From Adineta vaga (Eukaryota; Animalia; Rotifera), in the NCBI GenBank assembly GCA_021613535.1, contig CP075497.1:2666001-2730000 (forward strand): a DNA stretch of 64,000 bases, given 5' to 3'. The notes beneath the pieces are model-generated. The model saw nothing but the letters and a program-made list of their open reading frames with translations. It ran no database searches and had not been told where the DNA came from. The translations under genes and the position numbers were made by a program. This document shows positions 13,287 through 26,300 of this stretch, piece by piece (the first letter of the stretch is position 1; every line of letters starts with the position of its first letter).

Positions 13287-14412
13287 CTATTCTTGATCAT
13301 CTTGTTCATCATTATCATCACGAAATATAATATTCCAAACATGAACATACTCATCAGCAACATCAGTTGAGCCTGAATGAACACTTGACATACATATCAA
13401 TAATTTTGGATCATATGTAAAATATTCTTGACAACGTACACCATTGAGTGTATATGAATAAATATAATGAACATCATTAAAACGTGCATAATCAACTTTA
13501 GAATGATCACGAAGAATACCAGTTATATAAGCATCACCGACACGTGTTACTGGATGTGGTCGTTGAGCATTGATACATAAGTTATCTCGTCCAGCTTTAG
13601 TTACAAGATATCCTATTCCGAATGTATATGGTGGATAATAAAAACCTGGATATTCTTCTTCAGTAACAGTATATCGTCCAGTACGATCAACACGAGATTT
13701 ATGTCTAAACCAACCGAAGATTAAAGGTGTATTTGGTAGTGATTCATTTTTCATATATTCAGCAACAAGACTTGTTAGTAATGGAATATTTAAATGAATA
13801 TCTTCATCAGCTTTGAATATATATTGAATTTCTGAACAGAAATATCGACTCCAACATAATGCAGCTAGCTCTTTATAGGAAACAAACGGATAATTTTCAG
13901 GTAAATTCACTTGTATCACATCTAAAATAGAAATATTCTCTGTTCATGATAAAATTCATAAAAAAAACCTTACCGTGATAAATTGCTTGTTCTAATTCAA
14001 TTTGTTTTAGCATTCCATCGTCAACACCAACAATAAATGAAACACGTATTTCAATATTATTATAAACTTTTATAGCACCCCATGTTTGTCGAATTGCTTC
14101 ACGTATATGTACATTACTTGCACGTGATAAAATAGCTAATAATAAGGTTTTACTTGGATTGATATTATGGCATGGATTAAAAGTTGGAGGATTTTGAAAT
14201 CTTACACGTTCATGAACTTGATAAAATGGATGAAATCCATATGGATTATCATTATTTGTAATTCTCGTCGATTTTTCAGTGGAATTTGCTGAAATTGTAG
14301 TTTCAGGAGATGTTGTTGCAACTGATGGTTGTCGTTTGTAGGTAGACAAAATGAAACTGCCAGTTAGTAATAGCAAAGTAATGATTACTTTCAGATAATC
14401 GCTCGTAGACAT
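13287..14412 (-). CDS. GT31 beta-1,3-galactosyl/GlcNAc-transferase family, type II membrane protein, 2 exons
   Basis: N-terminal TM; LLAILSRASNVHIREAIRQTWG; IELEQAIYH|DVIQVN..ENY..SYK; YIFKADEDIHLN (DxD); YPPYTFGIGY; GDAYITGIL. Confidence 0.9.
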
Positions 14413-15088
14413 TATTGGTATACGAATGGTTGAATCCTTATCACATCGATCTTTTTTTGATTGAATATAATTGTTATATTGCTTGTTATAAGTAAACAAA
14501 GAATGGAAGTTGCCCATCGAAAGAGTCTGATCGTTTTTTTTTCTAGGAAGTCGATGAATAGAATCGTAACTATACAAAACGAAATGACAAATAAACAACG
14601 AATTATTCAAGGTAATTTAACCCACGTTTTCAACTGTGTATATCACGCAACTGTACGTATACATATACAGAACAGTAAAAAAAGCAACGCATCAATGCGT
14701 TATTTACATCGGAAGTAGTACAAACAACTTTCTCTTCGTTAAAATATCAAACATCATGTACGATTGTGTTTTCTTCAATTTAATAGACAAGTATCAATGA
14801 TATATTCATTTTCTCAAGTTAATAATAAATATTTTCGTTAGTGATCAATGATGATTGATATATAATCAAAGCTAATCGAATATGTGTCGTTGTGTTTGGT
14901 TGTTAAGTAGTAATAGGAACAAAAAGAAGACGAAGAATCGAATGAAAGAACATCTCAAATATCCAAACTTTGAAACGCTCACACGGAAATTTGAGATATT
15001 GATATTGAATTCGAATACAAAAGAAAATTTCTTCATTGGAGTTTGATATCAAAGAAATCATTTCTATTTAACGATTCAATCAGAAAGA

Positions 15089-15851
15089 ATGCAACCAACA
15101 TACTTATATCCTTCGGAAGTTGATCGAGAAATTCAATGGCGTTCAAAATTTTCCATTGTAATACCGATTATCATCGGATTTTTACAAATGATACTAACAT
15201 TTGCTATTGTCGGTCTTGAAATAGCTTCTGTTGTTATTTCACCAAGTAAAGGAACACTCTATGCTGGTTTTTGGTTGTCTATTTTCTTCACTTTATCATG
15301 GGTATCAATGTTTATCTTAGGTATTTGAAAAGGAAAAACAACACAATATCTAATCTATTCTGATTGATTTAGTTTGTTGTCATCGTTCACGTAAATGGGC
15401 ATTATATGTTTTCTTTATATCGATTCTATGTGCTGCAGCGGCAATAACATTGATCGTTTTAGATGCTTTATTCATTGGGGATATTACCCGATGTTTTTTT
15501 TCGAAAGTTATTTGTACTGATATTGAATCTTCAGGTTATCGACGTTCGGGAATACCTTTGGGAAGAAAAGTTCAAATATTAAAAGCACAATTAGCTATGG
15601 CAGCAGCATTATTGGCAACAGCACTTTTATATATGCTTCTATTCATTTTAGCAAGTATAGGTAGTCGAACGCGAAATCAACGTGTAGTTATGCATGATTC
15701 TCAAACTCGTCCACAAGTGATTCGTCGAACAGAAGTTCAGGAACCCGTACAAGGATGGAAAGCAACATCAGTACCTGTTACATATGAACCAAGTCAACTT
15801 GAATGTCCACATTGTGGAACATTGATTAAATTAGCACAAAAGAAACGATAG
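15089..15851 (+). CDS. Four-TM MS4A/CD20-like membrane protein with a C-terminal CPHCG motif, 2 exons
   Basis: Four hydrophobic segments; GLEIASV..GTLYAGFW; two Cys in the loop between TM3 and TM4; intron ~15321-15372. Confidence 0.65.
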
Positions 15852-16280
15852 ATTTTTTTCTGAATATATTGAACACATTTGTCTACATTGTTTTTTTCAG
15901 CTTTTCTTGGGATTGCCTAATAAAAATCTTTAACGAATAATAATCTAAATAATGTTTTTATTCAAAACAAATTCGTTACTAAACGAAACTAGGATTGTTC
16001 ATGCGTCATCATTTAAAACTGATTCATATTTATATATTAATCGATATTGTTGTTTACATGATCGAGATTTCACTTGTTTAGAACCTACTGATAATGGTAG
16101 ATGTGATTGTGATAGAGTGCTTTCTGATACTAAAAAAAAAAGTAAAATGAATTTCAAAATTTCAAATAAATAATAAAATAAAACCTTGATCTTTATGTCG
16201 AAGATCATTATTCAATCGTTTTGATAATATATATTGATGAGGTTGCGTTGAATTAACAGATTCTAAACAAAGATTAGTAT

Positions 16281-17161
16281 TTATAATTCACTATATTTAT
16301 ATTTCTCACGTTTCGGAGATGTTGTTGATGTTTGTTGTAATTTCGAAATTGTTTGTTGATATTCTTTACATGAATAACATTCATTGATTGTATTATGTGA
16401 ATCATTCAATTGATCATATTTATCTTTGATTGTTGCATATTCTATTTGGAAAAGAAAAGCGATTTTTATGTGATAGAATTAATAAATATTATACCCATTT
16501 GAAGAATAATATAATCATTTTTAGTCTGTTTTAATTGTGCTTTACATTTGGTTAATTCTTCAATTGTTTTTTGTAATAAATCTTGATAAGTATTCTGTTT
16601 TTCATCAGTTTTTGTCTCACGTTCTTTCGGACGACATGTTCCATGATATTGAATTTGATTTTGTGCACGTGGTAGAAGATTTTTATGTATTTCAATATAT
16701 TTCGGTAGATCTTCTTTATTTAAAAAGATTCGATCAACTGAATCATAATCTTCAAATTCAACAAGTAATCGTTGATGATTTGAATCATATTCAAATTTTA
16801 ATATTTCACCAAATGTTTGAAAATATTTTATCAATTTTTCTTCTTCAAGTTCTTTTGTTATTCGATTTTGAACAAATAAACTTCGAACAGACAAAAGACG
16901 TTCAGAAAATGAACAAATCGTCGATGGAAGTATGCGTTTAACAAATAATGGATAGGAATTGATTGCATGTGGTCGTTGGCGAAGAATTGCATCAACAGTA
17001 TGATGTGATACGAAGGTAATTAATGCAAAACAACAAGCATTAGTTGAACGTTGACGATGACATTCATAATGAGATATACGTGAACCAAATCGTCCAAAAT
17101 AGGAATGAAGTGTTTTATCATCGAATTCACAAATACCATCAACGAATATTTCAGTTGACAT
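16281..17161 (-). CDS. Divergent hnRNP A1/Musashi-like two-RRM protein with a C-terminal coiled coil, 2 exons
   Basis: EIFVDGI..LHSYFGRFG..FALITF..VDAILRQRPHAIN; LIKYFQTFGEI..VEFEDYDSVDRI; heptad-like tail LQKTIEELTKCKAQLKQTKNDY; second exon ends KYSEL*. Confidence 0.75.
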
Positions 17162-17822
17162 AGTTATGTGTAGTTTTGAAAAAGAGAAACGGATAATATG
17201 TATGATCGAATTTCTTCGTTCTTTAGTCACGTTGTTGAAAAGATAGAGAAAGGAGAAATAATATAAACGAAAAATCATAGATACTATGAATCTTTCTTTC
17301 GAAATCATTCTCAACGAATGAAATCAAGGATGAATCTATTCATTGTATTTTGTACAATCAAAAATCTACATGAATTAACTAAATTAGAATGTACTTTTAT
17401 CAATATGTAAATAAATGTCAGATAACATGAAATCTCAAAGTGTATGTTACTGATAATTGCTTGAAAACAAAGTTAAACAATGAGGTTTCCGATTACAGAA
17501 TGATAGGGAATTTTCTGTGACACAATTGATGATAGAATAAGGTAATTACCGAATGAAAGCAAGCGAAAGAGAAACGCAGCTGTTGCCATGAAGAGACGAT
17601 CTTCTTTACAAGAGATTTTATTTGTTTCCAACATTACTCGATCGTTCTTCTAGTCTGACATGCGATGCAGTGGGAAAATTTAATTTCTTCTCACGAATAA
17701 AAGGTTTCATTTTTTATGCCATCTTGAGAGAGAGAGAGTTGTTTTCTTCTATTTGATAAATTGCAAATATAATTTCAGAGTTCTTATTCAAAAAATCAAT
17801 TCTCACTAAGGAGACGATATAA

Positions 17823-20800
17823 ATGGTAAGTTTCAAATAGAAGAACGATTTGAATTAATAACTATTATTATTATTATTGTTTTGTCTAGTCATCTACAAC
17901 TATAAATCAAATTCCAGATTTAAAAGAACATCAACGAAAGGTATTTTTTGAAAATCTAAGTCCTCGAACGACGACTGATTCACTAAAAGAATATCTATCG
18001 ACATTTGAAATCGATCGATGTTCTGTTCCATTCAAAGATGGTAAGATTCAGTTTTGATATTTAGCTTCAAGAAAAGACATATATTCTTGATTTTTTCAGG
18101 AAAAAGTCAACGTCATGGAACAGTTATATTTTCCAAGGAATCAAGTGTGAATTCATTAATGGCAAAACGTCCTCATCAAATTGATGGTCAAATTGTTGAA
18201 TTATATCGATCGGTACCTAATCAAGGATCATTAAAAGAGAAGAAAGGTGTAACGAATTTAATTGTTTCTTATACTGACAACCAACGGCTAAGTGAATTAG
18301 ATTTACGTGCATATTTTGATGGATTTGGTACAATAAAGCAAATAGATATGTGTTTTGAAGAAGGTTCTGATCGTATAGAATTCAATGAGTAAGTTCGAAT
18401 ACAAAAAAAAATAAGCTAATTTGTTTTATTTAGTTACGATACTGTCGATAAAATTCTGCTTGATATACCGCATATAATAAAAAGAGTGGCAATCAATCTA
18501 AAAAAAGGTGATCGAAGTAAACCATCGGAAATATGTGCAACATCGATTGATAGTCAATCATTATATACAAAAATGACTAGCACAATACCAAAGAAATCGA
18601 TCATGAAACAAGTACAAAAAGGTTTTTATAATAGTTTTTTGCTATTGGGTTGATATCCCTTTACTTGTGATCTTTTAGATGTTCAGGTATCATGGCCAAG
18701 AAGATATTGCATTTATATAAAAAATCTACCAATAGATATAACTGCTGAGAGATTATCAGACATGTTCAAGTGGTCAATAGAGAAGATTTTGTTGAATCCA
18801 TCTGTAGGCAAACAATCACTGTTAATAGAATGTTGGCTGATAGATATAAATGAACAAAAAGTTGCGGGCGATTTCGTTGAACGTTTCAACGGAAAGGAGA
18901 TCTTGGGAACAAAGATACAATGTGAAGTTTTAGAAGATCGAATAGAATTATGTAAAGAATTTCGATTAGGTCAATGCAAAAACGAAAATAACTGCGATTG
19001 GTCACATATACGATGTGATGGAAATGGTAAATGTCCAAAAGATTGTCCTTATGGTCATGCAAAAGGAGTAAAAGATGGATATGTTGATAACGGTAAGATC
19101 GATATTTACATTCAGCAAGGTCATAATTAGTTATTCGACTTCTTTTACAGAATCTAGTCTGACATATCGTATAAAAATAAGTGGTTTTAACCAAAAATTA
19201 ACGCTAGTTTCATTGTCTGAAATGTTAAAGTTATCATCTCAAACAAAATATTACATTGATTCAAATCAAGATCGTATTGGTTACATTGTTCAATTGAAAA
19301 CTATGAAATTTGCCGGAAATTTAGTGAGAAAACTACACAATGCAGAAATACGTGGACAAACATTAAAATGCCAAATTGAGCTGAATCCTAACTTCCCTTT
19401 GTCAAAAAGCTTATCAAGTTCTGGACCAGTTACAACTAAAGAAATAATGGAAAGTGAAATTCATCGTCAAAATCGTAGTTCGAATCAAATAAATAGCAGC
19501 ATGGAACCTTCCCGAGATCATTCTCTTACTCGAAAATCGAGCAATTCCAATATTACCATACTCAATTGTTCAGAAATTGTTAATGAGGGTAATATATTCG
19601 CTCAATCTTGTGATTCGCTTCGCAAACAAAAAGAATCTGATATGAAAAATAAAGCAAAATCCAGCGAGAATTTAGCCTCATGTGCTCAGTCAAAATGTAT
19701 GTATATGACTATTCAGATGCTTCTTGTGTATTTTCAAAGAATATGGATTTTCTATTTCGATTTTTAGATGCAGCATCTTCGATTTCATTCGAATCCGACA
19801 GATTTCGACAGACTTCTACTGTTCAGGATCCATCTAATAATGGTCGTTCGGTATTTCGGATCGAGTATAAGGATACTGAAAAAGAAAACTATCGTAGAGA
19901 ATTAAATGCATTAGAAATATTGAAAGGTTAGACTATTGTTCCGACATGATTGACAAAACAAAAATATTTACTATTGTGTTTTAGATACCAAAGGAATTAT
20001 TCGATTCATTGAGTCCGGTATTTCACCTTCTAATATCAGTCAACAACAAAATTCTGACAAAAATAAGTTATACTTCTTCACGGAAAAACCATCAGGTTAT
20101 TCATTGAAAGAATTTGTTACTCAACAGCATCGAGGTGGTTTTGGTCTTCTTGAAGCCATAAAACTTCTTCAAAATTTGATTTCTATCGTAAAAGTTGTTC
20201 ATTCTCGAGGAATATTGCATGAAAATCTCGAACCAGAAAATATAATGATCAACTGGGATGCGAATAATACACCGATTGATAAAGCTGAACTAGTATTAAT
20301 GAATTTTTCTCAATGTCTTCTCAATTCAAAGGAATATAAACCATCGGTTCAACTGGTAGAACAATCTTGGTACAAACCACCACAATCATATGTAGAATCA
20401 ATGAAATACACTTCGACAATCGATGCGTCGTGTATCTGTGCCATTCTTTTATGGTTATTAACAAGTACTGAACCTAAACATGATAATAATAATCTTCCTC
20501 ATTATCAGCCAGGTCTTTTTGACAAACTAGTATCTATAATTACAAAAGCTGTTCGAACCACACGTATGTTGAAAGTATTACATTTTCATAGTAAAATTTT
20601 TTAACAAACTCTCTTTAGACTCAAATAGAAAACAACTATTAGATGAAGAGAAGTTAAAAACATATTTAATTGATACATTCAATATTGCCTTTGGATACCC
20701 TGAACTGCAACCATGGACTCTGAATGATTTAGACTGCCGATTCGAAGCTATTCATGAATTATTGTCACCAAGAGAACCGAAACTATGTACGACAGAAGCT

Positions 20801-21295
20801 GTTTTTCAAGATCTAATTTCTATTTGCAATGATCAAACGTCTCCATGTATAACCTGTCCTACTAACAATGAGTATGATGCATTTCAGAAAGCAAGCAAAG
20901 CATTTCAACAAGCCAAAGAAAATTTCATATATAATAATGGAGATGGTGATAAATCTTATTTATGGTCTGATGGAAATTGTACATGGTTAGATAGTATACA
21001 AACTTCTTCAAAAGAACGACGACATGATGATATACTTACCTTTCACTGTCGAGATCGACATAAATCGAGTAGTTGTTCGATTATAATTATATGTTTAGCT
21101 ACACTTACTGATGGTGGGCATTTTATAACATTATCAATTGGTAGCGGTGTGAATGGCAGAACAAGTCGTGTACCAATTGGTCGCTATGGCGCGAGAACAT
21201 CTTACACGGAGAAATTCAAACAAGATTTTATAAGTGAACTTACCAATCTTGTCATATCTATTCGCAAAGAACGAAGAGCAGCAATACAACAATAG
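17823..21295 (+). CDS. ~1000-aa RRM-RRM-RRM-CCCH(x2)-RRM-pseudokinase protein with an unknown C-terminal domain (9 exons)
   Basis: Exons 17823-17825, 17890-18040, 18100-18388, 18434-18621, 18679-19092, 19151-19696, 19768-19926, 19985-20563 and 20619-21295 sum to 3006 nt in one frame. Motifs: RKVFFENLS..TTDSL; MAKRPHQIDG; YDTVDKI; IYIKNLP; CKEFRLGQCKNENNCDWSH; VHSRGILHENLEPENIMI; LMNFS. Confidence 0.75.
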
Positions 21296-21664
21296 AAGAC
21301 ATTTTGATCGGCAAATATTTGATAAATACAGAAATCATAATCAAGAAAATTTTTGTTGTTGTCTTTGTAAAACTATTATTCAATACACTTCTCTTCGGAT
21401 CTCTTCACTAATAAAATAATCAATTTCATATTCAACATATTTTTTTCTATAAAAAAAACCATTCGGTAGCTTTCATTTATCATGATAAGTTATTTCTACT
21501 TGAATCAAATTATCATATTGACACTGATGGATAGTTTCGTGAGTGTGTGTGTGTCTGAAACTGAAAAATATATTTACTCCAATTTTATCTGACAAGTTTA
21601 TCTTTATGTATAAAAGACAAACGAATCGACTGGTTTCTCTAGATATTCATATCTACACAATACA

Positions 21665-22244
21665 ATGCCTAAAACGTTCGTTTCGACTTTTATTTTACTG
21701 ATTTTCAGTCATTTTTCATTCTCTTCGATTGAGTATGTGAATGATAATGAGAGTAAAACTTCTACAACGATGACAAGTTCGAATGTACCAATGGCTTATA
21801 AAGGTTATATATTCTTTGAAATTCATACTGCAAATGAAAAGAATGCTGGTACAGATTCAAATATTTATGTGACTATTGTTGGAACAAAAATGAATTTAAC
21901 TCGTCAAGCATTAAGAAGTCTTGGGCCATCCCTTAATGCATTCGAACGGAATCAAGTAGACGTATGTATGCTCTATACAAATGTTGAATTTGATCAAACA
22001 GATAATATCATTCGTGGTATTGAACTTATCAACGATGGGAAATGGACTGGTTCATGTAAGTTTAATAAAATCTTTTAAATTCAGTAATAGTAGTTTTTTC
22101 TATTTTATTGTTATAGCGTGGAAACCCAGTTGCATCTATCTTAGTGCAGTAAATAGTGCTCAAATGAATGATCGATGGATTAGTTCTGACAATCCTGTTT
22201 TTATTCCATTTTCTGAATCGAATAAAGCCGTGTGTTATACGTAA
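21665..22244 (+). CDS. Secreted single PLAT/LH2-domain protein, 2 exons
   Basis: Signal peptide; IHTANEKNAGTDSNIYVTIVG; NAFERNQVD; IELINDGKWTGS|SWKP; intron ~22056-22116; TATA at ~21609. Confidence 0.8.
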
Positions 22245-22906
22245 TTTTTTATATTTTTCTTTTCTTCTATAAAATATTTCTAAAACAATACTATCCAGAA
22301 ACTATTTCCTTTGCTAAACAAGACAATTTGTGAATTTTTTGTACTCTACATCCTAATTAACGACAAGTTTTACAAGAAATAACTATAACAAGTCATCTAC
22401 TCGAGAAAAAAAGCAAGCTTCATTACGAATAATTAAATATATGCTAAGAATTGAAAAATTCATTACAATACTAAAATTATTTTCGAAGGTAACACTTCTT
22501 TCTTATCGTATTATTCATATTCTATCGTGTTTTATGTTAATTCAACATTCAATGATTACTTTAATATTCTTCTATCGAACATTCAATACATTTGTTGTTA
22601 GGTAAGTTTTTATATTTATTCAGAATGATGGCAAATAGAGCGAGAAGCGTGTAAAAGAATAAAAAACTTACTGCTGAGCAACTCGTTCTGTTCTTTCAGG
22701 CATTTTTTCCCTTTCACGTGTCATATAAAAAATACACTCACTTCTATTACTAACTTGTTAAGTGAGCCAAAAAAAAGAAAACATACGTCAAAGAACGTTT
22801 AAATATTTTAAAATTTTCAAGAATATATCTGGTAAGTGCTATACTTATTTTTTTCTCTCTATCATTTTCTTTTCTTAGGAAAGTTAACAAGTGAAATTAA
22901 ACGAAG

Positions 22907-23150
22907 ATGACCATTCCTGTTGTTATTACTGGTGTAGTTGTTCTTTCAGTAGTAATTACTGTTTGTACACTTGTTTTATTAGTAAGTATTTATATAAACA
23001 AAACAAAAAGAGAATTTTTATGATCTTCTTTAGGGATTCTGTTTATGGCCAGTAATACAAGATTTTCGAAGAGAAAAACGTTTAAAAGACAAACACAATA
23101 ATCGAGATAATTCAGCTGATTCTTCTAATCTTAAACATGAACGTCTTTGA
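22907..23150 (+). CDS. 63-aa single-pass membrane micropeptide (2 coding exons; absent from the ORF track)
   Basis: Exons 22907-22981 and 23034-23150 joined at GTAAGT..TTAG give MTIPVVITGVVVLSVVITVCTLVLLGFCLWPVIQDFRREKRLKDKHNNRDNSADSSNLKHERL*. Upstream 5'UTR intron 22832-22878; AATAAA at ~23243. Confidence 0.65.
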
Positions 23151-23365
23151 TAATCTTTCTAAACATATTATATTCATAAATTATTCTATTTCGGTCATAA
23201 TCAATCAATGTCTATTTTTCATAATGTTATTTATATATATTGAATAAAACAAAAGAATTTGACATAAATCATTTGAATTTATTATTTAAAACGCGAAAGA
23301 ACGAAAAATATTCATTTAAATTTAGTTTTTCAAAAAAACAACATACTGTTCGTTTAATAAAATAA

Positions 23366-26300
23366 TTAAAAAGAATCCTCACTATACATGGGACTTTTCA
23401 TAACACTTATGGGTATATCTTGTCGATTTCCCAATGATGTTGGTTCATAATGTCTTTGTTTCTGTTCTCGATGAGAATTAAACGGTAAAATATATCGAAA
23501 ACTACCCGATGGTGATACTGATCTTGATGTTCGTCGTGGTCGACGAAATTCTATAGTCGATGGTTGATCTTGTAAATCAATTACTGATATAGAACGTTTG
23601 GATAATGTAGCTGGAGGAATAGCTGCACCGTAAATACGTTCATCATTTGGCGCATGATGAATATCTTGAACAATTACAGATGAATTACGTTCGGCACTAA
23701 GAAGAAAAGAAGAGGATTAGACGTGATTTTTCTATAATTCATAAACATTTGAGTCTATTGAAGAAGATAATGAAGCAGGCAGTGCAGATTGTAATGAAGA
23801 TGCATTTAAATATCTCCATTCTTCTTGAGATAACCGTCGAACTTGTAATTCTGGTCGAGAAATGATTTGATGTTCATCTAAACTTGATATTGATGATGAT
23901 GATGGAAAATAATTCTCTTCACGACTCAGAATATCAATACAATGTCCGTATGATCGATAATTTGGATGATAGGATATCTCTATCGATCTGTATTAGATAT
24001 AAGCAGAAGCAGAAGCGTTAATTTTAAAAGAAAAGCGTTATTGATTAAAGAGATTCATCTTACCGTTGTCGACAACAAACGTAAAAAATTAAACATATGA
24101 TTAACCAAAGAGTTAATATACCAACAACAAGAATCAAAATAATCCACCAGTCAAGCTTAAGAAGAAAAATAGAAAGATTCTATCAATAAAAACAACTTGT
24201 TTTTTTTACCCCAAAAAATGGACCTGAACGACGATAAAATGGTACATTTACTGATTCGTCACTATTTATTAACACTTGATTATTTTTTGTTGGTATATAA
24301 CGTGTATAAACTAATGTTTGTAAACCCGTTTGATTAAATATTTGAGTATAGAGTCTTTCGGACGGTTGAGAATAATCACCAATATCACCTGAACGTAAAC
24401 CAATCATATAATCAACTTTTGTTTGTCCATTACTACATATTCCAATATATAACAATCAACAGAAGATTTCAATTGAAAGACTTACTTAGCTAAAGTTGAA
24501 CTAATCGATGGAATTAAAATATCATTTGCTGAGAAGAGATAACTATTAGCTAATGCCCAACTGTTTCTCAAAGCTTGATTAAGCATTGATAATGTTGTTG
24601 AACTAGTTAAATTGATTTTACTTCCATCAATATAAAGTGAAAATCGTTTATAAGGTATATTTGTATATAGATTTGATAGAATAATTGAATTTATTGATGG
24701 TTGTGTTACAGTTAATGAAGATAAATCTGAACCATTAAGATTAATTGTATAAGTAACACGTGTTAATGTTTGACTAAAATTGAAAAAAGAAAAATATTGA
24801 AAAGGAATAAGAAAACTTGAAAACAAAATCAATTTTACTTATTATTTGTCAAATAGGTTGAATCAAAATACATTTGCGATGAAACACTAATCATTAAATT
24901 ATCTAAATCATAGAATAAAATAGAAAAGTTTTGTATAAAAATTTGATTTACTATTCGATTGTCGCCATGCATTTTCTAATGTTGTTCGAATGATTTCATT
25001 TGACGATCGTGGTTCTATTAAATATATCCAATATGCTTGATACGGTATACAATGACTTGTCTAAAAATAAATAATAAATCAAAATAAAGAAATCTCCTTT
25101 ACTTACATTGACAAATTTTCCATAAAGTTGATCGAATGCCGAATTTGGCGGTGGAATTAAATTGTTTACATTAACATTCGATAAAAGACTTTGAACAATA
25201 TAATCAATTCGAAATGATTTCTTTCTAAAAAAGACAAAACTTATTCGCAATTTCAACTCATTTTTTTCTCGTACCCTCCCGAACAAATATATTGTACTTG
25301 ATTTTGTAATTGAATAATTAATGTTCCAGGTTGAATACCAACATTTTGATTCATCCATATTTGCGCTAGACCATCCGCAAGAGCAATCGGTTGGGCAACA
25401 AAAACATTTCGTTCCAGATAAATACTATAAACACCACCTGTTCCGTTATTCAAATTGGTCACTCCAGGATAGTACAATGAGAAATCACATCGAGTTAAGA
25501 TTTGTGTATCATTTTGAAACTAAAATAAAAACAGAAAAATCGATTGTTGAGAAGATTTAAGATTTTTTACCACAAGATAAAAACGCGTTTGATTAGCATT
25601 GAGCGTTTCTGCATAGACGATTTTCGCAGTTCCATATTCTAAAAACAAATTGATAGAAATGATTTCGAAATCAAAGTTTTCCTTACGTCGATTGTACGAA
25701 GTTAGATAATTTTCAATTTCTCGACGAGTGGCACTTGTTAATGGTAATGTAACATTCGCTATATATTGATGAGCATCACTACGTGCAACAGATAATTGTC
25801 CAGTTGGATATAAATCATATTTAATTGGTTGCATTGTTGAAAAAATAGACTAAAATAAAAAGTTTTAAAATTCGAAAAATTAAAATTATGAAAATTTACT
25901 TTTAATTGAACTTGAATTTGTTCTTGTGTAACAACTTGATTTGGTACAATCACATAATAAATTCGTGTTACTAGTGACATATCAAAACCAAATCGTGCTT
26001 CGACTAAGAACGATGAAACTGTACTACTAATTCCTGTTCTTTGTAATGCAGAAGTTAATAATGATCCAAAATTATCTTGTGTAAGATCAGCTAGAAAAGA
26101 ATTTCCTCGAAGATCAACAAATGATGCTGTATAAGTAAAAGGTATTTGTGTCACATAAGTATTCGGCGAATCACATAGACCATTCAATGATTGAATCAAA
26201 TTTGGATTGAAACATGCACTTGGAACTGTATAACCATCGGATGTGAGAACAATGTAAGTTATTGTTGTAAAGAATTGACTAAAAAACATAAATTGAAATA

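Noticed and set aside
19768-21295. PAN3 orthologue
   Set aside because: The CCCH-plus-pseudokinase logic is similar, but I see no recognisable PAN3 sequence or PAM2 motif, and four RRMs are present.
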